A stretch of 64,000 nt of DNA from Macrostomum lignano. Taxonomy: Eukaryota. The notes under the pieces are model-generated. The model saw nothing but the letters and a program-made list of their open reading frames with translations. It ran no database searches and had not been told where the DNA came from. Below, piece by piece: positions 45,301 through 57,440 of the stretch. Every line of letters starts with the position of its first letter. Position 1 is the stretch's first letter. The position numbers and the translations under genes were made by a program. The stretch lies in the NCBI GenBank assembly GCA_002269645.1, contig NIVC01000209.1, positions 62,001-126,000 of the forward strand. Direction: 5' to 3'.

Positions 45301-46771
45301 CTCCATGATAATCCCCGACTGTCACTCCATTATAATCCCCGACTGTCCCTCCATGACAATCCCCGACTGTCACTCGATGTCAATCGCCAGTGCCACCCCA
45401 TGTTTCGCTCTTTCACCTCGTTGCGCGTTTAATTTAAGCCAGCTTTCACAAAAGCGATATCACATTCAACATGCAGACTCACCAGTTTCTGCGTGGGAGG
45501 CACCTTCAAACAGGCCTCTGACTGGCAGATAAGTGAAGTTAAGCGATATGCCAGTAGTCAGGACATAGGGAAAAAGTGTCCTATAAAGGTTTCGCTGAGT
45601 TTCCAGAGATTTCACGGCGGAGAAGACATCGTAATCTTCAATAGCTGAAAATTTAACAAATCAGAGTGGTTCATAATGCTTTATGGTTCTGAACAACATA
45701 GCAATGGCTGAAAATTTAACAAATCAGAGTGGTTCATCATGCTTTATGGTTCTGAACAACATTAGCAATGGCTGAAAATTTAACAAAACAGAGTGGTTCA
45801 TCATGCTTTATGGTTCTGAACAACATTAGCAATAGCTGAAAATTTAACAAATCAGAGTGGTTCATCATGCTTTATGGTTCTGAACAACATTAGCAATGGC
45901 TGAAAATTTAACAAATCAGAGTGGTTCATCATGCTTTATGGTTCTGAACAACATTAGCAATGGATGAAAACAACAATTAGTTATAAATCTATACAAGGGG
46001 CAAAATGAATAAAGAATTAATTGCTAATCTATCCAAGATCATGGATACATGCAAATTAGAATTTGGATTGCTAATCTATCCAAGATCATGGATAAATGCA
46101 ATTAGAATTTGGATTGCTAATCTATCCAACATCATGGATAAATGCAAATTAGAATTTGGATTGCTAATCCATCCAACATCATGGATAAATGCAATTAGAA
46201 TTTGGATTGCTAATCTATCCAACATCACGGATAAATGCAATTAGAATTTGGATTGCTAATCTATCCAACATCATGGATGAATGCAATTAGAATTTGGATT
46301 GCTAATCTATCCAACATCATGGATAAATGCAATTAGAATTTGGATTGCTAATCTATCCAACATCACGGATAAATGCAATTAGAATTTGGATTGCTAATCT
46401 ATCCAACATCATGGATGAATGCAATTAGAATTTGGATTGCTAATCTATCCAACATCATGGATGAATGCAATTAGAATTTGGATTGCTAATCTATCCAACA
46501 TCATGGATAAATGCAATTAGAATTTGGATTGCTAATCTATCCAACATCATGGATAAATGCAATTAGAATTTGGATTGCTAATCTATCCAACATCATGGAT
46601 AAATGCAGTTAGAATTTGGATTGCTAATCTATCCAACACGGCAGTTAAGCATTGCAACTCACCGACAAGCAGATTTCTGCTGCCTTTCTTCACCTGTCCA
46701 TCAATCTTGGTTGGCAAGCAGCCAAGCAGCAGCAACAGAAGTGACCAGGAGCAAAAGCAGGAGACTCTCAT
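36359..46771 (-). CDS. Divergent ionotropic glutamate receptor-like protein with a putative C-terminal S1/OB-fold domain
   Basis: Exons 46771-46663 (signal peptide), 45644-45483, 44481-44233, [junction unresolved], 43174 or 43149-42931, 42203-42003, 40584-40351, 39488-39288, 39188-38046, 36547-36359. S1-LBD EPYF...GLCIEIVEALRLHLGFEYKL, M1 HPFSFYVWVSIVIAIV, M3 TYLSNLVAFL, M4 PLGFEYLCGLFVLL. Confidence 0.85.
36745..37850. repeat. 15-bp GC-rich minisatellite in the last iGluR intron
   Basis: (GGCGCCAGCACCAGG)n with a GCTTTAGCACC variant block. Confidence 0.97.
39505..40330. repeat. 14-bp (7+7) minisatellite filling an iGluR intron
   Basis: (GATCCCAGATCCTA)n, near-perfect. Confidence 0.97.
40637..41140. 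repeat. 15-bp minisatellite in an iGluR intron
   Basis: (GGTTCCGGTTTGTCC)n. Confidence 0.97.
41281..41362 (+). repeat. Degenerate telomere-like (CCCTAA)n tract
   Basis: AACCCTAACCCTAAACCCTAC...AACCCTAATCTAAACCTCAACCTTAACCCTAAAC. Confidence 0.6.
41388..41982. repeat. 17-bp minisatellite in an iGluR intron
   Basis: (CAACAGTCAAAT[G/A]TCAT)n. Confidence 0.95.
42306..42680 (+). mobile_element. Possible tRNA-derived SINE
   Basis: Starts GGGGCGTGGCCTAG..GTCTAGCGCGGCCG (A-box-like), GC-richer body within an AT-rich intron; no clear B box or TSD. Confidence 0.35.
43725..43830 (-). mobile_element. Possible Tc1-like transposase remnant
   Basis: Minus-strand peptide WKEGLHKTDQEMREFLVKKLDENPFLTL* recalls the Tc1 HTH linker (..KT...R.L.....NPF.T); short and interrupted. 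Confidence 0.25.
44580..45375. repeat. 24-bp minisatellite in iGluR intron 2
   Basis: (CCCCGACTGTCACTCCATGATAAT)n. Confidence 0.95.
45640..45965. repeat. 64-bp tandem repeat that includes the 3' splice site of iGluR exon 2
   Basis: About 5 copies of CAAT[A/G]GCTGAAAATTTAACAAATCAGAGTGG...; each reads ttaaattttcag|C[T/C]ATTG on the minus strand. Confidence 0.9.
46020..46638. repeat. 46-bp minisatellite in iGluR intron 1
   Basis: (AATTAGAATTTGGATTGCTAATCTATCCAACATCATGGATAAATGC)n. Confidence 0.95.
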
Positions 46772-47469
46772 TGCAAGTCCAGCAGCTCAGCTACCTGTGT
46801 AAATTGCAGGCGCTATAAGTGTTGTTTTGAACGAGGCTGTTTGGCCAGGGAAAAATACGGAAAAACTCTGGCTTTAAAAACGAAAAGACGAAAAGCTTCT
46901 CCGCACAATGGACAGAATAATGAAATGAATTTATTCTGTCTATCGCAGCCTTTTGTTTCACTTTTTTGCCAGCACAGCAAATGTACAGTGGATGCAATAT
47001 GTACACGCTTATTTTGTAAGAGACAGGGCCATCTCTGAGTTCATATGCTCAGTCTTTTAAGCTTCAATGTCAATGCAACTTTATAATAAAGCAGAGACTC
47101 TACTAGCGTCTCTGAAGGTATTACACACGAATCGTACTTGAATAACCCTACTCATACTACTTATAGCCAAATAACAAGCGTTTTTACTCCCGGATATGCA
47201 ATGCAGATATGCATGAAGTCAGTCACTACGTGTTAATCCACGTACATGGTCGTAAAAGCAAAAACTCCTAAAGCAACAAATAAGCTACTATAAGTATAGT
47301 TACTCACCCATAAGGTCTCCGGGGATATATTAGGAGAATTTTTTTCAAAAGATTATAGTTAACTAATAATAAAAATAATATTTGATTACACCTGCCCTAA
47401 TTAGGCAGATGTGAAACCGACAGCTCAGCCGCAGCTATTGCGCGGCGCATCTGAAGGCTGCGTACGGCT

Positions 47470-47555
47470 GTTCAGTCCAAGGACTGGGGGGTCGCCACAC
47501 AGCCTCAATTACCCCAGCTAATGCTGGTGAGTCCGACGCTTTGACCACGGCTACA
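47470..47555 (-). mobile_element. Possible SINE fragment
   Basis: Minus strand GTAGCCGTGGTCAAAGCGTCGGACTC (tRNA A-box-like) followed by ACCAGCATTAGCTGGGGTAA. Confidence 0.3.
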
Positions 47556-47894
47556 ATTCCCTTACTAGAGATAATCTACTACTGTCAGCTGTCAAGGTAG
47601 CAGCCAAATTCGTAGGTACCGCCAGCACTAGAAGCGCAAAAGCTATAGGGGGTCATGTCCCCCATCGCCCCCCACCCCTTGCCCAGGCCCATGCTTCGAA
47701 TCGCTCACTCGAAAAAAAAGAGACAATGGAAAAGGCACCAAAAGAAGCGATTTCCGTTCGATGTGGAAGCGCTAACAAATTGTATTTACTTAGCGAAGGC
47801 ATTTATAACAAAAATACGAATTATACATGTATATGGAATTAAAAGCTATTGGACACACATATCAACTATCTACACATTGTCAAAATTTACAAGT

Positions 47895-48485
47895 AGACAC
47901 AATAATCACCTGTAAGACACAACCATCAATTCTTAGACACAATCATCACCTGTCAGCATCACCTGTTAGACACAATCATCACCTGTCAGCATCACCTGTT
48001 AGACACAATCATCACCTGTCAGACACAGTCATCACCTGTTAGACACAATCATCACCTGTTAGACACAATCATCACCTGTCAGACACAGTCATCACCTGTT
48101 AGACACAATCATCACCTGTTAGACACAAGCATCACCTATTAGACACAATCATCACCTGTTAGACACAAGCATCACCTGTTAGACACAATCATCACCTGTC
48201 AGACACAGTCATCACCTGTTAGACATAATCATCACCTGTTAGACACAAGCATCACCTGTTAGACACAAGCATCACCTGTTAGACACAATCATCACCTGTT
48301 AGACATAATCATCACCTGTTAGACATAATCATCACCTGTTAGACACAAGCATCACCTGTTAGATACAGTCATCACCTGTTAGACACAGTCATCACCTGTT
48401 AGACACAGTCATCACCTGTTAGACACAGTCATCACCTGTTAGACACAGTCATCACCTGTTGGACGCAGTCATCACCTGTTAGACA
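47895..48485 (+). repeat. 20-bp minisatellite, left arm of an inverted pair
   Basis: (AGACACAATCATCACCTGTT)n. Confidence 0.95.
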
Positions 48486-48496
48486 ACCTAGTTAGT

Positions 48497-51400
48497 CTAT
48501 AATCCGGCGTAATTTCTTAGAAATTGACGTAGAAACCTCAGCGGTCTCCAGTAGCAGTCTCTGTTTCCGCCAGCGGCAGCAGGTCTGGGCGATCGCCAAC
48601 CAGAATCCAAAGTTGCTTTGAGCAACAGAAAACTTTTGTCATCTCTACACCGCAACAGATGGATTGGCCAGCTCCAGCTGTTGCCCTCTTCTAGGGGAAG
48701 AGCTGGCCAAGCATTAAGCCACGCAGAAGGAGTCTTCGCTGAAAAGGTTCCGTCCTCCAGTGGGATCACGACGAAAGGTTCCTGTATAGGAAGGAGATTA
48801 AATGGCGGTTGATACATATGGATATTATTGTGTCCAACAGGTGATGATTGTGTCTGACAGGTGATGATTGTGTCTGACAGGTGATGCTTGTGTCTGACAG
48901 GTGATGACTGTGTCTAACAGGTGATGATTGTGTCTGACAGGTGATGATTGTGTCTAAGAAATGATGATTGTGTCTAACAGGTGATGATTGTGTCTAAGAA
49001 ATGATGATTGTGTCTAACAGGTGATGATTGTGTCTAACAGGTGATGATTGTGTCTAACAGGTGATGATTGTGTCTAACAGGTGATGATTGTGTCTAACAG
49101 GTGATGATTGTGTCTAACAGGTGATGATTGTGTCTGACAGGTGATGATTGTGTCTAACAGGTGACGATTGTGTCTAACAGGTGATGATTGTGTCTGACAG
49201 GTGATGATTGTGTCTAACAGGTGACGATTGTGTCTAACAGGTGATGATTGTGTCTAACAGGTGATGACTGTGTCTCACAGGTGATGCTTGTGTCTGACAG
49301 GTGATGCTTGTGTCTGACAGGTGATGCTTGTGTCTCACAGGTGATGCTTGTGTCTGACAGGTGATGCTTGTGTCTAACAGGTGATGACTGTGTCTAACAG
49401 GTGATGACTGTGTCTGACAGGTGATGACTGTGTCTGACAGGTGATGATTGTGTCTCACCGCACAGTCGGGCCTATAGAAGGCCAGTCCGCTGCCCTCGCT
49501 ATCACTGAGCCGGCCTCTAACGCACAACGCCCTGTCGCCGTGACACCGAAGCCACGCCTGCTCCCACCAGTGAATCCGAGGAAGAAATGGCGAATTATAG
49601 ATTCGAACTTGCGTTGTCTGCTCGCGGATACGATGCCGAGTTATTTTGAAACGTTTACCATCGTTCTCTGTTGTCATGGTAACCAAATAGTCGCTTTCTT
49701 GTCCAAGCCACGACAAACAGTGAAAACCGCAAACCGGTCCTTCAATGCAAATCCGCCGGGCTAGGCAAAGACGAGAATTCGACTCCCTGTCTCCATGGCA
49801 ACCGCAGTTGACGTTAATTAGCGAGACGAATCCGTTAGAATAGGCGCTCTGCACCGTCAGGACTGCCAACTGACGAGAGATCGGGAGCTTCACAGCGCTA
49901 AAAAGAAAGCTCGTGCCGGAATCGAACTTCATGGAAACGAACGGAATCTTCGCAGATGCTCTCTGTTCAATAGGCAAAGTTAAAAGCAGCAGACGGCTTT
50001 CTGTAGTTATCAGCAGAAGCAAAGGTCGGCCAGAGCAGCTCGGGCAGGAGCGATAAGACAGCGCATCAAGTACTCTTTCTTTGTTGCGCAGCTGAAATAC
50101 TCCAATCGGAGCAACCTTGGCGCAACAATTCAAGCGAATCGGTACGACAGCGTAACTGGCTTCGGACTCTGTCCAGCCCGGAAGCACGAGGTAATCTGCC
50201 GAGCCGCGAGCCGGATCAGCCGACATCAAAGCGTCAAAGTTGCAGACTTGAAAGCAGAGCCGAATGATGTGCAGTTGAGCTGTGTCAAGCAGCCGGATTT
50301 CGACCGTTGCTGCTGCTGCTGTGCTGTCTTGGGTGCCGGAGTCTGCGGATGCGGTCACACTCTGTAACAGTGTGCGGAACAGTGAACGGTACTTAAACCT
50401 GAGTGACCAACTTTAGAGTGACCAATTTAAAATGATACCGAAACCGGAGTGACCAATTTAAAATGATACTGAAACCGGAGTGACCAAATTAAAATAATAC
50501 TGAAACCTTGGAGTGACCAAATTAAAATGATACTAAAACCTTGGAGTGACCAACTTAATATGATACTGAAACCGGAGTGACCAACTTAAAATGATACTGA
50601 AACCGGAGTGACCAACTTAATACGATACTGAAACCGTAGTGACCAATTTAAAATGATACTGAAACCTTGGAGTGACCAATTTAAAATGATACTGAAACCT
50701 TGGAGTGACCAATTTAAAATGATACTGAAACCGGAGTGACCAACTTAATACGATACTGAAACCGAGACCGATTTAAAATGATACTGAAACCTTGGAGTGA
50801 CCAACTTAAAATGGTACTGAAACCGGAGTGACCAACTTAAAATAATACTGAAACCGAGACCAATTTAAAATGATACTGAAACCTTGGAGTGACCAACTTA
50901 AAATGATACTGAAACCGGAGTGACCAACTTAAAATGATACTGAAACCGGAGTGACCAACTTAAAATGATACCGAAACCGGAGTGACCAATATAAAATGAT
51001 ACTGAAACCGGAGTGACCAATATAAAATGATACTGAAACCGGAGTGACCAATATAAAATGATACTGAAACCGGAGTGACCAATATAAAATGATACTGAAA
51101 CCGGAGTGACCAATATAAAATGATACTGAAACCAGATTGATTGAATACATTCATAATGCTGAAGCTACAATGATCACAACTTTAACCCTATCCCGGATGC
51201 CAGTCTCACTGCTCGCAACAGCTGCAGACTGCATGAGCTGCAATCTTTTTCCCTGACATCGGCAGCCGCCACCTCCCGCAGCTCCTGGCAAGCCGCTCCG
51301 CTGCAGGCCAGCAGTTGCCAGGCGCGCCGACCTGCGGCAGCGCCGTGAAGTGCATCATTGTCAGCCGATGGGTTCAGCAGCCTACGAGCCAGCATCCGCC

Positions 51401-51569
51401 ACGGCCCGGCTTCATCAATTCTATCGCGCCAGCTACGGCACACGAGCCGACATGTGGCGAGGCTGGACAAGTCAGTACAGAGCAAGATTTTTGCTTGCAA
51501 GCTGATTGGCAAATCGCTGCCAAACGGATCGAAATCGCGTGGACAGATTTTGTGTAGGTTTTCGCCTGC
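48497..51569 (-). CDS. F-box protein (~515 aa) with a beta-rich C-terminal region
   Basis: Exons 51569-51210, 50361-49459, 48781-48497, all phase 0. F-box pattern DLPISLQAKILLCTDLSSLATCRLVCRSWRDRI; starts at atttcag|GCA with an in-frame TGA just upstream and no ATG before the F-box. Confidence 0.75.
48826..49455 (-). repeat. 20-bp minisatellite, right arm (reverse complement of 47895-48485), filling F-box intron 2
   Basis: (AACAGGTGATGATTGTGTCT)n. Confidence 0.95.
50400..51135. repeat. ~31-bp minisatellite in F-box intron 1
   Basis: (GATACTGAAACCGGAGTGACCAATTTAAAAT)n. Confidence 0.95.
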
Positions 51570-52553
51570 CTGAAATTGTCATCAGTTTTCATCTTGTAGT
51601 TCCCCTTTTAAGGTGAATGAAAAGTTGAAATTAAAGCAACGTAACTGAAAGTGCAAAGTTGTTATTAACTAGTTTGAATCATATTTATAAAAACAAATAT
51701 TATGGACTGGTATTTTAACCAATATATTAACAAATGATAACTGCATCAACTCAACGATATATAAATGTACAAGTAGTGTACAGATGTATAGTTATTGTAG
51801 TGCTAGAAAATTCCTTCAATATCTTACTTTTAAACTAAAGCACATTATTCTTACTAAATATTTTTAATAAGTAATCTACTGAGTCTCCATACTATACAAC
51901 CGGGCAAAATCAATTTAAAGGGAATAAAGAAAAGCAGAACTAAAAATGTAGAGCTTTAGAGTTTAGTTTATCTGCTATTTTTTTATTTCTACAAAACAAA
52001 GTGAGTGTTTGAAAAATTAATTTGCCATAAAATACAACTAGCAGTGTATTTAAAAACACAGAAATACTTAGCAAGTGTTAAAAACAAATTTTATAAATTA
52101 AAGCAAGTTTTGTTTATAATGATTTTTTTTAGATTTCTTTCTTTCTAAACAAACTAAACTTATTTAGACTTATTACACTAAAACGATAAATCGATAAGAA
52201 TTCTGGACCAGATTTTTTTAATTTTTTGTTACAAAACACATAAGCAAGGTCGAAAGGATTCTTTTGGACCTAAAACCAAAATTCTGGCTAATTGTCATGT
52301 GACATGCGTCAGTCAGACTTTTAAGGCAAGCACAAAAAGTTCCCGTGTCTTTGATGTTAAAATTTAGCGTTGACGCCACTAAACAACATTAACAAAACTT
52401 GTTGACTTCATTCAATAATTTTTATAGTATCGCTTTTAAAGCCTTTTAAGTTGGCATTTTTTATCTCTTCAAACTCTGTTGTTGCCTATCACGGTACTCC
52501 CGTGACCATATCATGTAAAAATATTAACATATACTAAAGATACAATCATACGT

Positions 52554-53310
52554 CATGCGGCTGGCTCTGCGCGACGAAGACGGCTATGAAGTGGTGCCTC
52601 ATTGTAGCTCCCGCTTTCCCTGTGTCAAGCTGACCTGCCTCGCCTACGCCGATGACTTAACGCTGACCTGCTGCAGCTCCAAAGCTACGCAGAGGGCGGT
52701 GAGCCGGCTGGCAGACGAGGGGAAGCGCGTGGGGCTCCCACACCAACTACGGCAAGACAGAGGTGCTGCATGTTGGCATTGCCAACTCTCCATCGCTACT
52801 TCTGCCGGACAGCAACACCATCGCCCCGTGCAACCAGTTCAAGTATCCGGGCGTCCTGGTTACTGACCCGGATGTCATTGCCAACAACAACAGCAAGCAG
52901 CTGGCGTGGCGGGCCTCGACTCTCACCTTCTCCGCTCCATCTTCAATTGCCGGCTCGCCACCGTCAGCCTGAAGGTCGCCCTCTTCCGCTCGGCAGTTGA
53001 GACTGACCTACGGGCTGGAAGCCGTCCCCATGACTGCCACTCGTGAGGCGGGCTTAGAGGCCTGCCATCGTTACCTCCTGCGCAATGCCCTGGGCATCCG
53101 GTTCCCCGAGCGCGTGAGCAACGCCGAGCAGGAAACCCGGACCCGCGTGCCGCCCCTAGGGTCGCACTTTGCAGAGGCGATGCCAGATGTTGATCGGCCA
53201 CTGCCATGCTGGCCCACACACGGGGCACCGGCCCCCGCTCGCCAACCTGCTGCTCAGCCCGCCTTGTGGCAGACTCCGCCGGGGCCAGGCGCGCTGCACC
53301 ACCCTGACTG
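52554..53310 (+). mobile_element. Decayed non-LTR RT C-terminal fragment
   Basis: CLAYADDLTL, FKYPG, LKVALFRSAVE.LTYGLEA across frameshifts; similar layout to the 33828-35818 element. Confidence 0.75.
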
Positions 53311-53885
53311 ACACTGTTCTCTCTGACTTGTAGTCTCTGGGCCTTACCCCTCAGTCTGCAGCTAGGCTGGACTCAGCTGTTTTCCACCAGCCAGTGCTTC
53401 ACTGACCTGCGCCAGCGTCTGTTTAATAATACTCGTAATAGATACAATACCGTGCATATTATTAGGTTATACTAACTAACAATAAGGGCGATTTGCAGGA
53501 GTGATTCTAAATTTGTAACAGCAGAACAACTGTTGCGCAGGTGTACGAGGGGCGTTTCAAAGTAAAGAGAATTTATTATAAAAATTCGGCCCGAACTATG
53601 CACATATCTATGGCTAATACATGTAATACACATCGAGCACGTGAACAAAATTAGGTCCGCTTTTTAAGACAATAGTGCAAGTAAGAATTGAGCTGGAGAA
53701 AAAGTGCAACAAAGCGATTTCAATGTCTGTGGCTGAAATATGAAGGGCTTGGCTAATACAGCCTCTACTAAATAAAAAGATTATTTACTCTTTAACAGCT
53801 AAATCCACAGCTACACAATATTAAGCTTAAACAAAACCTTCCTCGATTATCCTCATCCTTGCCTGCAACGCCATCGGCAGCGGAA

Positions 53886-56634
53886 ATGTCGCACTTTGAC
53901 GCCACCATGTACAACTGGCACTACGGCGTGCTGCCCAAGACTGCCAAGCTCGCCTTCACCCCCGCCCAGACCTGCATTCTCAAGGACTATTTAGTAGTCC
54001 TGGACAGCAACATGGAGAATCTGTTTATCTTCAACCGGACCAACATGCAGCTGGAATCGCAGATTGGCACCGGAATCTGCGATCTGACAGTCTCCATCTT
54101 TCCGGTGTCTGAGGTGAGTCGCTTTGCCGCTGTGTGTTTTGTGCATTTGGCATGCCTGCTTATTTTGGGATTCACACTGCACTGCACAGCTGACCCGATA
54201 CCAGTCAGGGACATTGCGCACTGCTACCCAGCTGACCCGATACCAGTCAGGGACATTGTGCACTGCTACCCAGCTGACCCGATACCAGTCAGGGACATTG
54301 TGCACTGCTACCCAGCTGACCCGAAACCAGTCAGGGACATTGTGCACTGCTACCCAGCTGACCCGATAACAGTCAGGGACATTGTGCACTGCTACCCAGC
54401 TGACCCGATAACAGCCACCGTTCCCGCAGAACGAGTCCAACCTGATGGTGCTGGTCAGCGGCAGTCTGGTGCAGCTGCTCAACATGGCCAACATTCACAT
54501 GGAGAGCGTGAACAACGTGTTCGAGTACAGCTTCGTGGAGATCAAGTGCCGCGATGGCAGCATCGCCAGCCTGTGGACGGACCGCTGCGCCTCCAGCTAC
54601 CTGGTGCTGTGGCTCAGCTGCAAGGACAATCCGCTCATCTACGAGCTCTTCGATGACAGCAGCCCGAAGATCGTGTTCGACAGGCTCGAGTGGGTCACGG
54701 CTGACCGCCTCCTGCTGGTTCGAGCTGGCAGCGTCCCCATCTGCTTCAGCGTCTTCAGCCTGGCCGCCAGGAGCTTCCTGAACCACGTGGTGATGAACAT
54801 CGGCTGTGGACCGCAGAACTTTGCCGTCTCCAGCAACAACAAGAGGCTGGTGCTGTGCCAGGATGGCAACTTCATCGTGTACGACACGGGCAACCTGAAG
54901 CGGCTGCTGTGCTGCAAATGCGACTTGGCTGAGGACTCGATGGACTTTATTGGGCTCTTCCAGGTGAGTGTGGCTGGATTGAGCTCTTCCAGGTGAGAGT
55001 GGGGCTGGACTGGGCTCTTCCAGGTGAGTGTGGGGCTGGATTGGGCTCTTCCAGGTGAGTGTGGGGCTGGATTGGGCTCTTCCAGGTGAGTGTGGGGCTC
55101 GATTGGGCTCTTCCAGGTGAGTGTGTGGCTGGATTGGGCTCTTCCAGGTGAGTGTGGGGCTGGATTGGGCTCTTCCAGGTGAGAGTGGGGCTGGACTGGG
55201 CTCTTCCAGGTGAGAGTGGGGCTGGACTGGGCTCTTCCAGGTGAGAGTGGGGCTGGACTGGGCTCTTCCAGGGGAGAGTGGGGCTGGACTGGGCTCTTCC
55301 AGGTGAAGCTAATCTGAGTTGAAAAAGTGTAAAACCCAGGCATAGTGAGCTCAGACATGAATCTCACAGCAGAAGTCCCGTAACTCGTCACAAATGCAAC
55401 TCGCCCTCTGCCCGACTGCAGAACAACTTCATGACAGTGGGTCAGCTGACGGGCCACAAAGTGGTTCGCTACTACATCAACGAGGAGTACTGCTCGGTGG
55501 ACCGAGTCAACGAGGGCAAAGTGAGCTTCGAGAGCTACGACCGGTTCAAGTCGGTGCAGCCGATCGGAGACGAGCTTCTGGTGGTCCGCTGCACCAGCAG
55601 AGATCAGCGCAGCGTGGTTCTCGGCCTCATCAACCACTTTGACGGCAACGTGTTCCAGTTTCTCAAGCTGCGACTCGGCGACATGCTCAGCCTCACGCAA
55701 AGCTGCCTGGTCACCTTTTCCAAGAAGTCGGCGGCTGATCGGCACTTCGAGCTCGCGCTGTTCGACTTCACCGCGCCAGCCGCCCCAGACGACCTGTGGC
55801 CGCGCCTCAAGCAGAAGCTGGCGGAGATTCGCAAGCACAAGAAGTCTCTGCAGGACTACTCAATCTCAAAGCAGAGGCACGTGCAGCAGCTGATGCGGGC
55901 CAAGATGCTCGAGCTCAACAGGAGCCACTTGAATGAGCTCAAGCGAATCGCCAAGAATCCCGTGTACATGTCTAAGGCTGCCGCTCAGGACGAGTCCGTG
56001 GTGACTGTGAGTTAGCTGAGAACTGCAGTTCTATTGAGTAATATCTAACAGGGGCGTCGCTGAAGAGTGGGTCAAGTCCCTAATAGAAAAATTCACGAAG
56101 AGCAAGCTGTATAATGCGTGCTTGAAACAAGAAAGAAATGCAAGACAAAGTTCACTAACACCTGTATCTTTTACTGTTGAAGATATTTAGGATAGTCAAA
56201 CATTTCGAGGCCAAAAAACTGTACGTGCACTCCATAAAATCTTTTGCGACGCCTTTGTCATATCATTCAATGCAAGTTGTTAACTTCTGGTTTAACCTTC
56301 GCTTCTCCTCATATAGAGCAGGCTAGTCTCCCACTCGCTTTCTGAGCAGTGCCCCGATGAGGAGGACCAGCTTTATCACCAGCAGCAAAAGCATCAGCAT
56401 CAGCAAAAGCAACAACAACAGCAGCAGAAGCAGCAGCTGCACGCTATCTGGGAGAACTACTATCAGCGGTGCGGAGGACTAAGAGACGGCGACTCAACCG
56501 GAGTTGCGACGGCGGCTGCTCAGCAGCAGGAGGCTCACAACAGCGAGAGCATCGTCATCAAGAGCAAGCTCAAGCAGCAGGTGAGCAGCGGATCGTCAGG
56601 CAGCACGCCGTTGCGTAAGCAGAGAAAACAGTGA
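53886..56634 (+). CDS. Uncharacterised ~554-aa beta-rich (propeller-like) protein with coiled-coil and polyQ tail
   Basis: Exons 53886-54113, 54430-54963, 55422-56006, 56317-56634, all phase 0 with GT-AG, strong GC3 codon bias and an open frame to TGA at 56632. Fold is inference. Confidence 0.75.
54185..54412. repeat. 42-bp minisatellite in intron 1 of the plus-strand gene
   Basis: (CCCAGCTGACCCGATACCAGTCAGGGACATTGTGCACTGCTA)n. Confidence 0.95.
54945..55305 (+). repeat. 31-bp tandem repeat of an exon end plus 5' splice site
   Basis: About a dozen copies of (ATT/ACT)GGGCTCTTCCAG|GTGAG[T/A]GTGGGGCTGG; the first copy is the real junction at 54963/54964. Confidence 0.95.
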
Positions 56635-57440
56635 AGCGCGTGGATGAACTCAACATGGATACCGGATTATTTTGGAAGACAAAGGACACAAGTGCGGATT
56701 CTACTCAAACCTTTTCTAATTAGATAATCCGTACATTTACTACCTAATAACGATAGTCTAACCAACCGTGTTATAAAGGTGTTTACCTCCTGTTTTACAG
56801 TGCAAAGTTTGCTTGTAAAAAACCGACACCCGGCGATATAAAAAAGTGCGAGTCTTCAGTTATAGAAATATTTTTTCTTAACTAAAAATAATAAAGCGAT
56901 AGTGGTTTCGCCGAACTCTGTGAAACCCAAAATAAAAAAGGCTATACGAATGCCGGCATACTTTGTAGACAATTTATTTGGCCTTTATCTTGAGTTTTTT
57001 ATTACATATAGCAACTCAAGGAAGGTTGAAATAAGAGGACGGAACAACAAGGCGGTACGTTATCGAGTCGAGGAAGAAAGACTTGCCAGTTCGATTCGGA
57101 GTAATGGATCTTGGCCTCATTTCACCACCCTGAGCCTTGGTTTTCAAGCTTTCTCAAGATATCGATTTTTAACCGAATTTGTCGATTGCACAGAGAATAT
57201 ACTGTGCTCGAGATAGAGCATACTGAGGGAGCCTTAGCAACCAGTTGATTTCTAAGAAAATTGACTGTACCGATTTTATCTCAAGCAGAATCGGCTACAG
57301 ATTCGGTATTGCCTAACACAAGAGAAAGCTCACGGAGCTTCAGACTCATTCCGAGTTACTGACCGAATTGGAGATTACAGGACTCAAGCACCGTCATATG
57401 CCACAGTTACACGCTGCTACACAAGGACAATTTAAGTAGA

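Noticed and set aside
44477-45532. IIPDCHSM / TVGDYHGV ORFs resembling metal-binding repeats
   Set aside because: 24-bp array between iGluR exons; open frames arise because the unit is a multiple of 3 with no stops.
56049-56257. Possible hAT MITE (CAGGGGCGTCGC ... GCGACGCCTTTG)
   Set aside because: TIR has 2 mismatches in 12 and there is no matching TSD; too weak to call.
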